Assembly: GCA_965197495.1 (NCBI GenBank)
Contig: OZ240210.1
Coordinates: 2,126,092 to 2,190,091 of the forward strand
Length of the DNA stretch: 64,000 nt
Reading direction: 5' to 3'
Origin: Candidatus Marinacidobacterales bacterium
Lineage (GTDB): Bacteria; Acidobacteriota; Vicinamibacteria; Marinacidobacterales; SMYC01
The stretch's first letter is position 1. The number at the start of each line of letters is the position of its first letter. Both the position numbers and the translations under genes were made by a program. Positions 50,872 through 59,316 of the stretch are shown here, piece after piece. The notes below the pieces were generated by a model that saw only the letters and a program-made list of their open reading frames with translations, made no database searches and was not told the origin of the DNA.

Positions 50872-51843
50872 TTAAAGTAGAACCTCCGCCTGTACTCTCA
50901 CCGTCTCGAGAGACTCCATGTCGATCTGGGTTTCGGTGGGGATGACGGAAGCCAGCCGCCTCGCTTTCTCGGGAAGCTCCTCCCACAAATGTACGCTGAC
51001 GATCAGAAGTCGGTACTTTCCTGTGACAGCCAGCTCGGCAAGATCCGGAATCTCACCGATGGACTTCGGCTCGACGGTCACTTTGCCGCCGACCTCGCCT
51101 TGAAGGTAGTCGACGACGGCGCCTCCGATCCGCTCGCGGTCGGCGTCGGGTAGAACGAGCAGCACCGACGAGCCCGCAGGCAGTCTTCCAATCTTGCGAA
51201 CAACGCGTTCGGACATTTTGAGCCGTATCGGGTAGATCCGGTCTTTCGCGCCCGCGCCCTCGACGATCTCGAGAAGTCGCTCGTACCGATAGGTGTTGAC
51301 GAGGATCGCGGAGTAGCGTCCGAGCTCCTCGTGGGACAGCAGGGCAGCGTCATCGAAGCCGCTACCGGCGATCTTGATCTCCCAGGCGCGCTCGATCACA
51401 GCGGCATGCTCCTTCGCTGAGCTCGCGCTCAAGTCCACGTAGAGGTAGGACGGCGTGCGCGTCTCGTGCGCGATCGCCCGGCGCACGAGGAGACGGGCCA
51501 AGCCGATGGAGCTGACTTTCTTCGACTTCGCCCATTGGACCATGCGATCGCACTCCGCCGTCGCCTCGGAAGCGACCTTCTCCACCTGCGGGGACTTCAC
51601 GAGGTGGTCGGTCACCATCACGTGGCTTCGGCTCTTCGACGACAGGAACCCCAGATCGGTGAGCTCCCGATAGGCGCGCCGCACGACCGCCTCACCGACC
51701 CCCAGCTGCTTCGCGAGAGCGCGAATTGACGGCAGAAGGTCGCCTCCTTGCAGCCGGCCGACGGTGTAGGCGATCTTGATCTGCTCTTTGATTTGAACCC
51801 AGGGAGGCAACGAGCTCGAGCGGTCGACAAATAGTGACTTCAA
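50872..51843 (-). CDS. GntR-family transcriptional regulator
   Basis: The N-terminal winged HTH reads ...LPSIRALAKQLGVGEAVVRRAYRELTDLGFL.... The gene is 323 aa and lies upstream of, and on the same strand as, dctQM. Confidence 0.8.
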   Translation of the reverse strand: MKSLFVDRSSSLPPWVQIKEQIKIAYTVGRLQGGDLLPSIRALAKQLGVGEAVVRRAYRELTDLGFLSSKSRSHVMVTDHLVKSPQVEKVASEATAECDRMVQWAKSKKVSSIGLARLLVRRAIAHETRTPSYLYVDLSASSAKEHAAVIERAWEIKIAGSGFDDAALLSHEELGRYSAILVNTYRYERLLEIVEGAGAKDRIYPIRLKMSERVVRKIGRLPAGSSVLLVLPDADRERIGGAVVDYLQGEVGGKVTVEPKSIGEIPDLAELAVTGKYRLLIVSVHLWEELPEKARRLASVIPTETQIDMESLETVRVQAEVLL

Positions 51844-51932
51844 GGTCTCGACTCCGTGTCCGACTCTGGGGTGACCTTAACACAGTTGTAACAATTCGCG
51901 GGCGCCGAACCTTCAAACGCACGCCGATCCAA

Positions 51933-51994
51933 CTGATTGAATCGAATAACTAGTTATAAATCAGTTATTTAATATGTGTCATGTTTACCATATT
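51933..51994. promoter_or_regulatory. Two AT-rich palindromes in the GntR promoter region: CTGATTgaatcgaATAACTAGTTATaAATCAG (51933-51964) and AATATGtgtcatgtttacCATATT (51971-51994)
   Basis: This is a direct reading. The block lies 90-150 bp upstream of the GntR start (51843), in the divergent region shared with the TonB-dependent receptor. Confidence 0.35.
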
Positions 51995-52217
51995 GAAAAC
52001 CAACGAATTCGCTTGACACGCGCGCTTATTTTCTCCTAGATTTCACCTTGTGTTCATGTGGACACAGGCATCATAAGGCCATGACGAAGATTCCGAAATG
52101 AGGGTAGCCTCGATGTTCGGCCGACTCTTCCCCGTTCTCAAGGATGACGTGGCTCCGTTTCTTTTCGGTGCTCGCTCGGGCTTTGTGCGAAGGTTCGTGG
52201 AACGCGCCGATGTGGCC

Positions 52218-52257
52218 GTTCCCTATCACCGTTTAATGTTCCCTATCACCGTTTAAT
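52218..52257. repeat. Perfect 20-bp tandem repeat x2 (gttccctatcaccgtttaat)
   Basis: This is a direct reading. It sits immediately 5' of a degenerate copy of the TonB-dependent receptor gene start. Confidence 0.7.
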
Positions 52258-52460
52258 AACGGAGGACAAAAAAATGAGGCACTGGGGCTAGTTCAAAGGC
52301 GTTTGTCTCCGTGGTCACGTTATGCACCCTACTGACCCTTGCAGCGGCTCCCGCCATCTCCCAGGAGGTGATGGGGTCGATCGTGGGAAGCCTCACGGAC
52401 GAGCAGCGGCTGGTGTAGCCCGGCGCTGTCATCGCCGTCTCTTCGCCGAATTTGCCGATC
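52258..52460 (+). repeat. Degenerate about 200-bp duplicate of the TonB-dependent receptor 5' end (RBS, signal peptide, first about 55 codons)
   Basis: The sequence aacggaggacaaaaaaATGaggcactggggctag...ctgacccttgcagcggctcccgccatctcccaggaggtgatggggtcgatcgtgggaag...gtcatcgccgtctcttcgccgaatttg matches gtgaggaccaaaaaaATGaaccactgggctaat...ctgacccttgcagcggctcccgccttctcccaggaggtggtgggatcgattgtgggaaag...gtcatcgccgtctcttcgccgaacttg at 52762-52960. The upstream copy has an early stop (MRHWG*). Confidence 0.7.
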
Positions 52461-52728
52461 CATAATTCTGAACGACGGATTCGTCAGTCGCTAGTCCCTC
52501 CAAGCTATTCTCAGATAGAAGATTAATCTGATCGGGGTTCCGGACTTACTGCCCGGGTGGTCAGATGAAATCCAACTTTTTGAATACGAAAGGGTATCGG
52601 GCAGGGTACGGCCCATCTAACACGCTTATTTCTATGGACTTATGTGTTGGCTGGCTAGTGGAATACAACTTGCATTCATTTGGGCAGGAGTATTACTTCA
52701 TTACTGTTGTTCTGGTTTGCTTCGCCAG

Positions 52729-52758
52729 ATTTCGTTGGAGTACATTTCGTTGGAGTAC
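52729..52758. repeat. Perfect 15-bp tandem repeat x2 (atttcgttggagtac), 18 bp upstream of the receptor ATG
   Basis: This is a direct reading. It occupies the same position relative to the RBS/ATG as the 20-bp tandem repeat does relative to the degenerate upstream copy. Confidence 0.7.
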
Positions 52759-52776
52759 ATAGTGAGGACCAAAAAA

Positions 52777-55698
52777 ATGAACCACTGGGCTAATTCCAAG
52801 AGGGTTGTCTGCGTCGTCGCGCTAGGCTCGTTACTGACCCTTGCAGCGGCTCCCGCCTTCTCCCAGGAGGTGGTGGGATCGATTGTGGGAAAGGTCATGG
52901 ACGAGCAGGGGCTGGTGTTGCCCGGCGTTGTCATCGCCGTCTCTTCGCCGAACTTGATCAGCGGCAGTCAAACGGTGATCACCGGCGATGATGGCACCTA
53001 CAGAGTGCGGAACCTGCCGCCCGGCACGTACAACGTGTTGACAGAGCTGGCCGGCTTCACGTCGGTCAACCGTGAGGGGATCATCCTCGAGGCGGGCAAA
53101 ACACTCGGAGTGGATTTCCGACTGCAGATCAGCGCTGTCGAGGAGACCATCACCGTCACCGGGGAATCGCCTCTGGTCGAGCTCCGGAGCTCCCGCGTCG
53201 GCGTCACGATGGATCAGGACCTGCTCGTGAACATTCCCACCGGGCGCGAATTCGAGGACATTTTGAGTTTTCAGCCTGGTATCGTGGAGAGTCCCTATTC
53301 CTTTGCGCCGGTAAACTCGGTTCACGGCGGTCATACGCGGGCCAACTACTACAGCATGGACGGCTTCCAGATGATGGATACCACCGTGGGATACATGATT
53401 GGGGATATCTCGTACGATTCGTTGCAGGAAGTTCAGATCACGACCGGCGGGATTTCTGCCGAGTTCGGCCAGGCGAGTGGGGGAGTCTTCAACTTCATCA
53501 CCAAGTCGGGCGGGAACGACTTTAGCGGAGGCGTTCGATATTACTTGAACGACGAATCCCTGAATAGGAATAACATTTCGGACGAGCTCAAGGCCCAAGG
53601 GTTCACGGAGGGCACGTCCATTATCAGCCAGAACAACTGGGGCGGCGAGATAGGCGGGCCTATCGCACAAGACAGGGTGTGGTTCTACGCCGACTATGCC
53701 CGGACGGACAGAACGGAGCGGGCTCCAGCGCTGGTTGGAATCATCGATCCGTCGTTCAACATCAATAAATACCTAGGCAAGGTTACCTGGCAGGTTAACG
53801 AGAACAACACCTTCGTCGGAACCATTCAGGGGCGCCACGACGACTGGGTTCCGGCCAACGCGAATGCGCAAGTCACCGAGGACCCGGGCTCCTATATCTT
53901 CAACACCCGCAACCAGGATAACTATCTCTTCAAGTGGGCGTCGACACTGGGCCAGAATTCTATCTTGGACATCCGCTACAGTGAGAACCTCGGCGGTGGC
54001 TCCGATAGGGAAAGTTTCGACAATGCCGATGCGATCCCCGGCTTTCAAGATCGAGGAACGGGCAAGAACTTCGGTTGGTTCCGGCAAGACCGGTGGAACA
54101 AGCACCGCGATGCCAAGGTGTTCAAAGTGGATTTGACTTACTTCAACGATGACCTTGCGGGCGGGAAGCACGATCTCAAGCTCGGCTATGAAAACGGGCG
54201 GGATCCTTTTCAATCCATTTTGCACACTCCGGGCTCGCTCGAACAGCGTCTGCTCTTCGGCGTGCCGGATGCAGTCAGACTCCTGATTGAACCGAGAAGA
54301 GGTGCCAGGAGAAAAACGCGCAACAGTTTTTTTATCAACGATCAATGGACGATGTCGGACGTAACGCTCAATCTGGGCATCCGGTTCGATAGCACCGAAG
54401 GTTGGACACCGGAGTACACGGAAGGGGGTGGCCTCCAGGCTTCAGACGAAGCCATCCGAAGTGACAGCTTCAGCATCGAGTGGTTCCCGGCGGTTACGTT
54501 TCCGGAGACGCGGGACATTTGGAAGATGAATACCTGGGCGCCACGGGCCGGCATCGTGTGGGACGTTGGTGGCGAGCACACGTTTGTCGTGAAAGCGAGC
54601 TATGGTCGTTGGTATGACCGGGTCACGAGTGTGCCCGCCGGGGGTGCAGGGAATGCTACGTACGATTGGAATGACTTGAACGGAGACGGCCTGTTTTTGA
54701 CCCCAAACAACACTGAACAGCCCGGCGAGCGAGGGGACCTTCGCTCGAGCAGCGTAATTACTAGTGGATCCTTTGATGTGACGCAGTTCGGAGACCCCGA
54801 TCTGAGGAACCCTTACACCGATACCTTTAACATTGGGGTCGAATGGGAGCCGCGTCAAGGCTACGCGCTGCAAGTGACAGGGATCATCAAGCGAGAGACG
54901 GACCTCATTGGCCGAATTCAAGAAGCCAGGCCTGCATCGGCCTATAACGCCATCCAGGCGGTCAACCCTCTCGACAGCTCGCCGATCACGATCTACGCCC
55001 TGGACCCGGCCTTCCGAACGGCGAGCGGTATCGCTCTAACGACGAATCCGGATGTGGGCTTGAAGCGAAGCTACGACGGTATCGAAATCGTCGGGAAGAA
55101 GCGGTTCGATGGACGTTCCCAGTTTCAAGCCTCGGCCAACATTGGACGGGCAGAAGGCAATCGGGGAACCAGTTTTGGGCAGAGCGGCGGCGGCGGCCGC
55201 GCCCGCTACAGCAATCCGAACAGCCTCACCAACTTTTTCGGGAGAACAAACCTGGATGCGGACCTGATACTAAAGTTAGCCGGCACCTATGTGGCAGGGT
55301 GGGACATCAGCATAAGCGCCTTCTACCAGTACATTTCCGGGTTTCCGCTGGACACGTTCGAGACTAATATTGGCTTCCAGCCGGGTTCGCGGACCGGTCG
55401 CTTTCTTAGGGCGGATTTTCCGGGACAAATCGTGGTCGAGAGCACCATCGACGTTCCCCTGGAGGCACGAGGCGAGTTTCGCCAGGACGCTCAGCACAAT
55501 CTGTCGTTTCGAGTGGAAAAATCTTTCGTTTTCGAAACAGGAAAGATCGGACTCATCTTTGACGTCCTCAACGCGACCAATTCAGGCACGGTGACGCATG
55601 TGCAGAGTTTGCGCCTGGACGCTCCCAATTACCTGCTGCCTGAGGTGACCGTGTTGCCCTTTACGGCGCGTCTCGGGATTCGCTTCAGCTTTTTTTAA
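52777..55698 (+). CDS. TonB-dependent outer-membrane receptor with an N-terminal carboxypeptidase-regulatory-like domain
   Basis: The start is chosen at MNHWANSKRVVCVVALGSLLTLAAAPAFSQ (signal). The track ORF extends 45 codons further upstream through the tandem repeat. DDGTYRVRNLPPGTY is CarbopepD_reg-like. The plug/barrel follows. The C-terminus ends ...RLGIRFSFF with a terminal Phe. Confidence 0.85.
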   Translation: MNHWANSKRVVCVVALGSLLTLAAAPAFSQEVVGSIVGKVMDEQGLVLPGVVIAVSSPNLISGSQTVITGDDGTYRVRNLPPGTYNVLTELAGFTSVNREGIILEAGKTLGVDFRLQISAVEETITVTGESPLVELRSSRVGVTMDQDLLVNIPTGREFEDILSFQPGIVESPYSFAPVNSVHGGHTRANYYSMDGFQMMDTTVGYMIGDISYDSLQEVQITTGGISAEFGQASGGVFNFITKSGGNDFSGGVRYYLNDESLNRNNISDELKAQGFTEGTSIISQNNWGGEIGGPIAQDRVWFYADYARTDRTERAPALVGIIDPSFNINKYLGKVTWQVNENNTFVGTIQGRHDDWVPANANAQVTEDPGSYIFNTRNQDNYLFKWASTLGQNSILDIRYSENLGGGSDRESFDNADAIPGFQDRGTGKNFGWFRQDRWNKHRDAKVFKVDLTYFNDDLAGGKHDLKLGYENGRDPFQSILHTPGSLEQRLLFGVPDAVRLLIEPRRGARRKTRNSFFINDQWTMSDVTLNLGIRFDSTEGWTPEYTEGGGLQASDEAIRSDSFSIEWFPAVTFPETRDIWKMNTWAPRAGIVWDVGGEHTFVVKASYGRWYDRVTSVPAGGAGNATYDWNDLNGDGLFLTPNNTEQPGERGDLRSSSVITSGSFDVTQFGDPDLRNPYTDTFNIGVEWEPRQGYALQVTGIIKRETDLIGRIQEARPASAYNAIQAVNPLDSSPITIYALDPAFRTASGIALTTNPDVGLKRSYDGIEIVGKKRFDGRSQFQASANIGRAEGNRGTSFGQSGGGGRARYSNPNSLTNFFGRTNLDADLILKLAGTYVAGWDISISAFYQYISGFPLDTFETNIGFQPGSRTGRFLRADFPGQIVVESTIDVPLEARGEFRQDAQHNLSFRVEKSFVFETGKIGLIFDVLNATNSGTVTHVQSLRLDAPNYLLPEVTVLPFTARLGIRFSFF

Positions 55699-55846
55699 GT
55701 CGTTCATAGAGTAGCGCGCTGATGCAGGCACACCACCTGCGTTAGCGCGCTCTCTTCTTTCTCTGGCTCATCTATCCCGCTGACGAACAGTCCCCATGAC
55801 GCATGTGGGTGTGGGTGTCGGGGAGGGGGTCGTGAAAGGTTCAATC

Positions 55847-57433
55847 ATGAGGAAAAGATTCGCCATTAGCTTCGCCTTTCTGTCCGGTCTCGTTATTCTC
55901 GGCAGCATCGGCGTCCAGGCGCTGCAGGCGCCCGCTCCCTCGGTTCTCGATCAAGTATCGGTCGAGCAGCTCATCCAGGGGCCGCAGGGGCCTCCCTACG
56001 TGCCGCAGGGACCGATTGCGATTGTAGGGGGTTTGCTCATCGATGCCACCGACGCCCCGCCGCGGCACGATCAAACGGTTCTGATCGACGGCGAGCGGAT
56101 TGTCGAGGTGGGACCGATGGAAGACGTGCGCATCCCGCGGGGAGCGCGTGTCATAGACGCTCGTGGGATGACGATCATGCCGGGGCTCATCGATTCGAAC
56201 CAACATTTTGTCTTGAATCCGCTGTTCTCGACGCCGGATGTGAGCTTTTCGTACGAGGATTTCAAGTCGCGCTGGGAGCACAACTGGGCGCAGATGGAGT
56301 ATGTCGCCTTTGCGTATTTGATGCAGGGCATCACCGGGTTCCGGCAAACTCCCGGTCCGGCGGATCTGCAGTTAGAGGTCAAGCGGAGGATTGACAAGGG
56401 GGAGATTCCAGGCCCAAGGATATATCTGGGTGGGTCGCTGTGGATGAGCAAGGCGCACTGGGAGCGTCACCTGAAGCAGAACACACAAATGGATCCGAGG
56501 GCGATTGAGTTCATCAAGCATCAATTTGAATACAACGTGATAGAGGATTTGAACAATCTGGATCCGAATGGTTGGGGGCAGGAAGGCCCGGATTTCAACT
56601 TCTGGAAGCTCTACATGTGGCGTGAGCCCTTTGACGGGGAGAATGATTTCACCGACGAGGAGTTGAGGCACATCATCAAGCGCGCGCACGAGCTCGGGAA
56701 GATCATCGACGTTCACTGCGGCGGTCACAATAACGGCCTCAGACGGATGCTTGCATTCGACGTGGATACCCTGGAGCACCCCTTTTACGGAAATGAGCTG
56801 ATTGACTGGGACATCATCGAGGGCTACGTGAAGAAAGGGGTCATTGTCGACACCTTGCTGGAAGTGATGATCCAGAAGATCGAGTTGGCGGCCGACCCTC
56901 ACAGGTTTGATGAGACGCTGTACTCCATGTCGCTCTACGGGCACGGCACGCGTCCCGCACCGTTCGAGCATCGTCTCCTGATGCAGTATCGCGACAAGCT
57001 GCTTTACAACAAGCGACATCCCGACAAGCCGGGGCTGAGGGTCTACCCGCCAGATTCGACCGAGACTGGGCGTTCGTACAATGACCAGATGAAAGCCATG
57101 GAAATCTCCAAAGAAAACATGCGCCGTTTTATCAAGGCCGGTGCCAAGTTTTGGATGGGGACCGATACCGGCGCCTTCATGACCATGCGGCAAGAAGATC
57201 CGTACGCCCGGGAGATGGCTTATATGGTGGAGATGGGGATGACGCCGGTGCAAGCGATCCAGGCGGCGACCCGCAACGGGGCGGAAGGCCTTGGCCTGCT
57301 GGACGAGCTCGGCACGATCGAGGAGGGCAAACTGGCCGACGTGATCGTGGTGGCTGGAAATCCGTTGCAGGATATGAAGGGTGCCATGAAGCGCGTCTAC
57401 GCGGTCATCAAGGGCGGCGTCCGCTACAAATAG
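55847..57433 (+). CDS. Secreted amidohydrolase-superfamily protein (tandem paralog 1)
   Basis: A signal peptide is present (MRKRFAISFAFLSGLVILGSIGVQA). Key motifs are ...MPGLIDSNQHFV..., ...IDVHCGGHNNG..., ...GTDTGAFM... and ...GKLADVIVVAGNPLQDM.... Confidence 0.8.
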   Translation: MRKRFAISFAFLSGLVILGSIGVQALQAPAPSVLDQVSVEQLIQGPQGPPYVPQGPIAIVGGLLIDATDAPPRHDQTVLIDGERIVEVGPMEDVRIPRGARVIDARGMTIMPGLIDSNQHFVLNPLFSTPDVSFSYEDFKSRWEHNWAQMEYVAFAYLMQGITGFRQTPGPADLQLEVKRRIDKGEIPGPRIYLGGSLWMSKAHWERHLKQNTQMDPRAIEFIKHQFEYNVIEDLNNLDPNGWGQEGPDFNFWKLYMWREPFDGENDFTDEELRHIIKRAHELGKIIDVHCGGHNNGLRRMLAFDVDTLEHPFYGNELIDWDIIEGYVKKGVIVDTLLEVMIQKIELAADPHRFDETLYSMSLYGHGTRPAPFEHRLLMQYRDKLLYNKRHPDKPGLRVYPPDSTETGRSYNDQMKAMEISKENMRRFIKAGAKFWMGTDTGAFMTMRQEDPYAREMAYMVEMGMTPVQAIQAATRNGAEGLGLLDELGTIEEGKLADVIVVAGNPLQDMKGAMKRVYAVIKGGVRYK

Positions 57434-57516
57434 ACTCTCGTTTACAAGAGAGCAAATCCTGTCTGGCGAGGTCCATGACAGCCATGTCCTAAACGGTCCA
57501 TGGCGCAGAGGCATCG

Positions 57517-59112
57517 ATGAAGATGATGAAGAAAATCCGTATCACCGCTGGTATCGCTGTACTCTGTGGCTCAATCATCATCGTCGGTTTGGCTGTGACG
57601 AACATGGGGGAGGCGCTCCAGGCGCCCGCGCCTTCGGTTCTCGATCAGATATCTGTCGAGCAGCTGACTCAGGGGCCGCAGGGTCCTCCCTACGTGCCGC
57701 AGGGACCGATTGCAATTGTAGGGGGTCTGCTCATCGACGCCACCGGCGCTCCGCCGCGGCACGACCAGACCGTTCTGATCGACGGTGAGCGGATCGTCGA
57801 GGTAGGGCCGATGGAAGACGTGCGCATCCCGGAGGGAGCGCGCGTCATCGACGCCCGGGGGATGACCATCATGCCCGGGCTCAGCGATTCGAACCAGCAT
57901 GTGGTGCTGAATCCGTTGTTGTCGACGCCGGACGTGAGCCTATCGTATGAGGATTTCAAGGCGAGGTGGGAGCGCAACTGGGCCCAGATGGAGCGGAATG
58001 CCTTCACCTACCTGATGCAGGGGATTACAAACTTCCGGCAGACCCCGGGCCCGGCGGACCTGGAGCTTGCGCTGAAGCGGCGGATCGAGAAGGGGGAGAT
58101 ACCGGGACCGCGGGTATTTCTGGGCGGCTCGTTGTGGATGAGCAAGGCGCACTGGGAGCGTCACCTGAAGAGGAACAATCAAACCGATCCGAAGGCGATC
58201 GAGTTCATCAAGCATCAGTTCGAGTACAACGTGATCGAGGATTTGAACGATCTCGACCCGAATGGCTGGGGACAGGAAGGCCCGGACTTCAACTTTTGGA
58301 AGCTTTACATGTGGGGCGAGCCCTATGACGGGGAGAACGATTTTACCGACGAGGAGCTCGAGTACATTATCAAGCGCGGGCACGAGCTCGGGAAGATCAT
58401 CGACGTCCACGCCGGCGGGGGTGGCAACGCTGGCCTGAGGAGGATGCTGGCCTTCGACGTCGACACGCTGGAACATCCCTTCGAGCGCTATGAAATCGTT
58501 GACTGGGACATCATCGAAGGGTACGTCAAGAAGGGAGTCATCATCGATACCTTGTTGGAGGTCAAGGTCCAAAAGGTCGAACTGGCGGCAGATCCCCACC
58601 GGTTCAACGAGACGCTCTACACGATGTCGCTGGATCCTTACGAGCATCGCACCCTGATGCAGTACCGGGACAAGCTGCTGTTCAACCAGCGACATCCCGA
58701 CCAGCCCGGCCTGAGGCCTTACCCCGCGGCATCGACGCGCCAGACGGACCGCTCCTACAACGAACAGATGAAAGTGATCGAGACAGCGAAGGAGAACATG
58801 CGCCGGTTCATCAAAGCGGGCGCGAAGTTCTGGATGGGGACCGATACCGGCGCTTTCATGACCATGCGTCAGGAAGATTCGTACGCCCGGGAGATGGCTC
58901 ATATGGTGGAGATGGGGATGACGCCCATGCAGGCTATCCAGGCGGCGACCCGTAACGGAGCGGAAGGTCTGGGCATGCTGGACCAACTGGGCACGATCGA
59001 GAAGGGCAAACTGGCGGACGTGATCGTAGTGGCCGGCAACCCCCTCGAGGATATGGAAGGCGCTATGAAGCGGGTCTATGCCGTCATCATGGGGGGCGTC
59101 CGCTACAAATAG
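57517..59112 (+). CDS. Secreted amidohydrolase-superfamily protein (tandem paralog 2, about 80% identical to paralog 1)
   Basis: A signal peptide is present (MKMMKKIRITAGIAVLCGSIIIVGLA). It aligns colinearly with the upstream paralog (APAPSVLDQ[V/I]SVEQL[I/T]QGPQGPPYVPQGPIAIVGGLLIDAT...). Confidence 0.8.
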   Translation: MKMMKKIRITAGIAVLCGSIIIVGLAVTNMGEALQAPAPSVLDQISVEQLTQGPQGPPYVPQGPIAIVGGLLIDATGAPPRHDQTVLIDGERIVEVGPMEDVRIPEGARVIDARGMTIMPGLSDSNQHVVLNPLLSTPDVSLSYEDFKARWERNWAQMERNAFTYLMQGITNFRQTPGPADLELALKRRIEKGEIPGPRVFLGGSLWMSKAHWERHLKRNNQTDPKAIEFIKHQFEYNVIEDLNDLDPNGWGQEGPDFNFWKLYMWGEPYDGENDFTDEELEYIIKRGHELGKIIDVHAGGGGNAGLRRMLAFDVDTLEHPFERYEIVDWDIIEGYVKKGVIIDTLLEVKVQKVELAADPHRFNETLYTMSLDPYEHRTLMQYRDKLLFNQRHPDQPGLRPYPAASTRQTDRSYNEQMKVIETAKENMRRFIKAGAKFWMGTDTGAFMTMRQEDSYAREMAHMVEMGMTPMQAIQAATRNGAEGLGMLDQLGTIEKGKLADVIVVAGNPLEDMEGAMKRVYAVIMGGVRYK

Positions 59113-59316
59113 GGTCTTGATTCGAGCTAGGCAGGAATCCTTTTAAATAGAAGTTCCGAACAGTCGTCCGCCTCGCGAGCCAACTCCATCAGCTCTCCCT
59201 CTTCCCAAAAACGGCCCCGACCCCACCTCATCGGGTGAGTTCGGTCGAATTCAACTAAAATAGGAGGCTGCCAACGCAGTCATGGCTCTCGGAATTGCGT
59301 AACGGATGAGGAAAAG

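Noticed and set aside
52218-52257. CRISPR array
   Set aside because: There are only two perfect repeat units with no spacer between them. It is a simple tandem repeat. Nothing cas-like is nearby.
52642-52776. Upstream 45-codon extension of the TonB-dependent receptor ORF (ISLEYISLEYI...)
   Set aside because: It runs through the 15-bp tandem repeat and lacks an RBS. An AGGA-type RBS and a signal peptide start at 52777.
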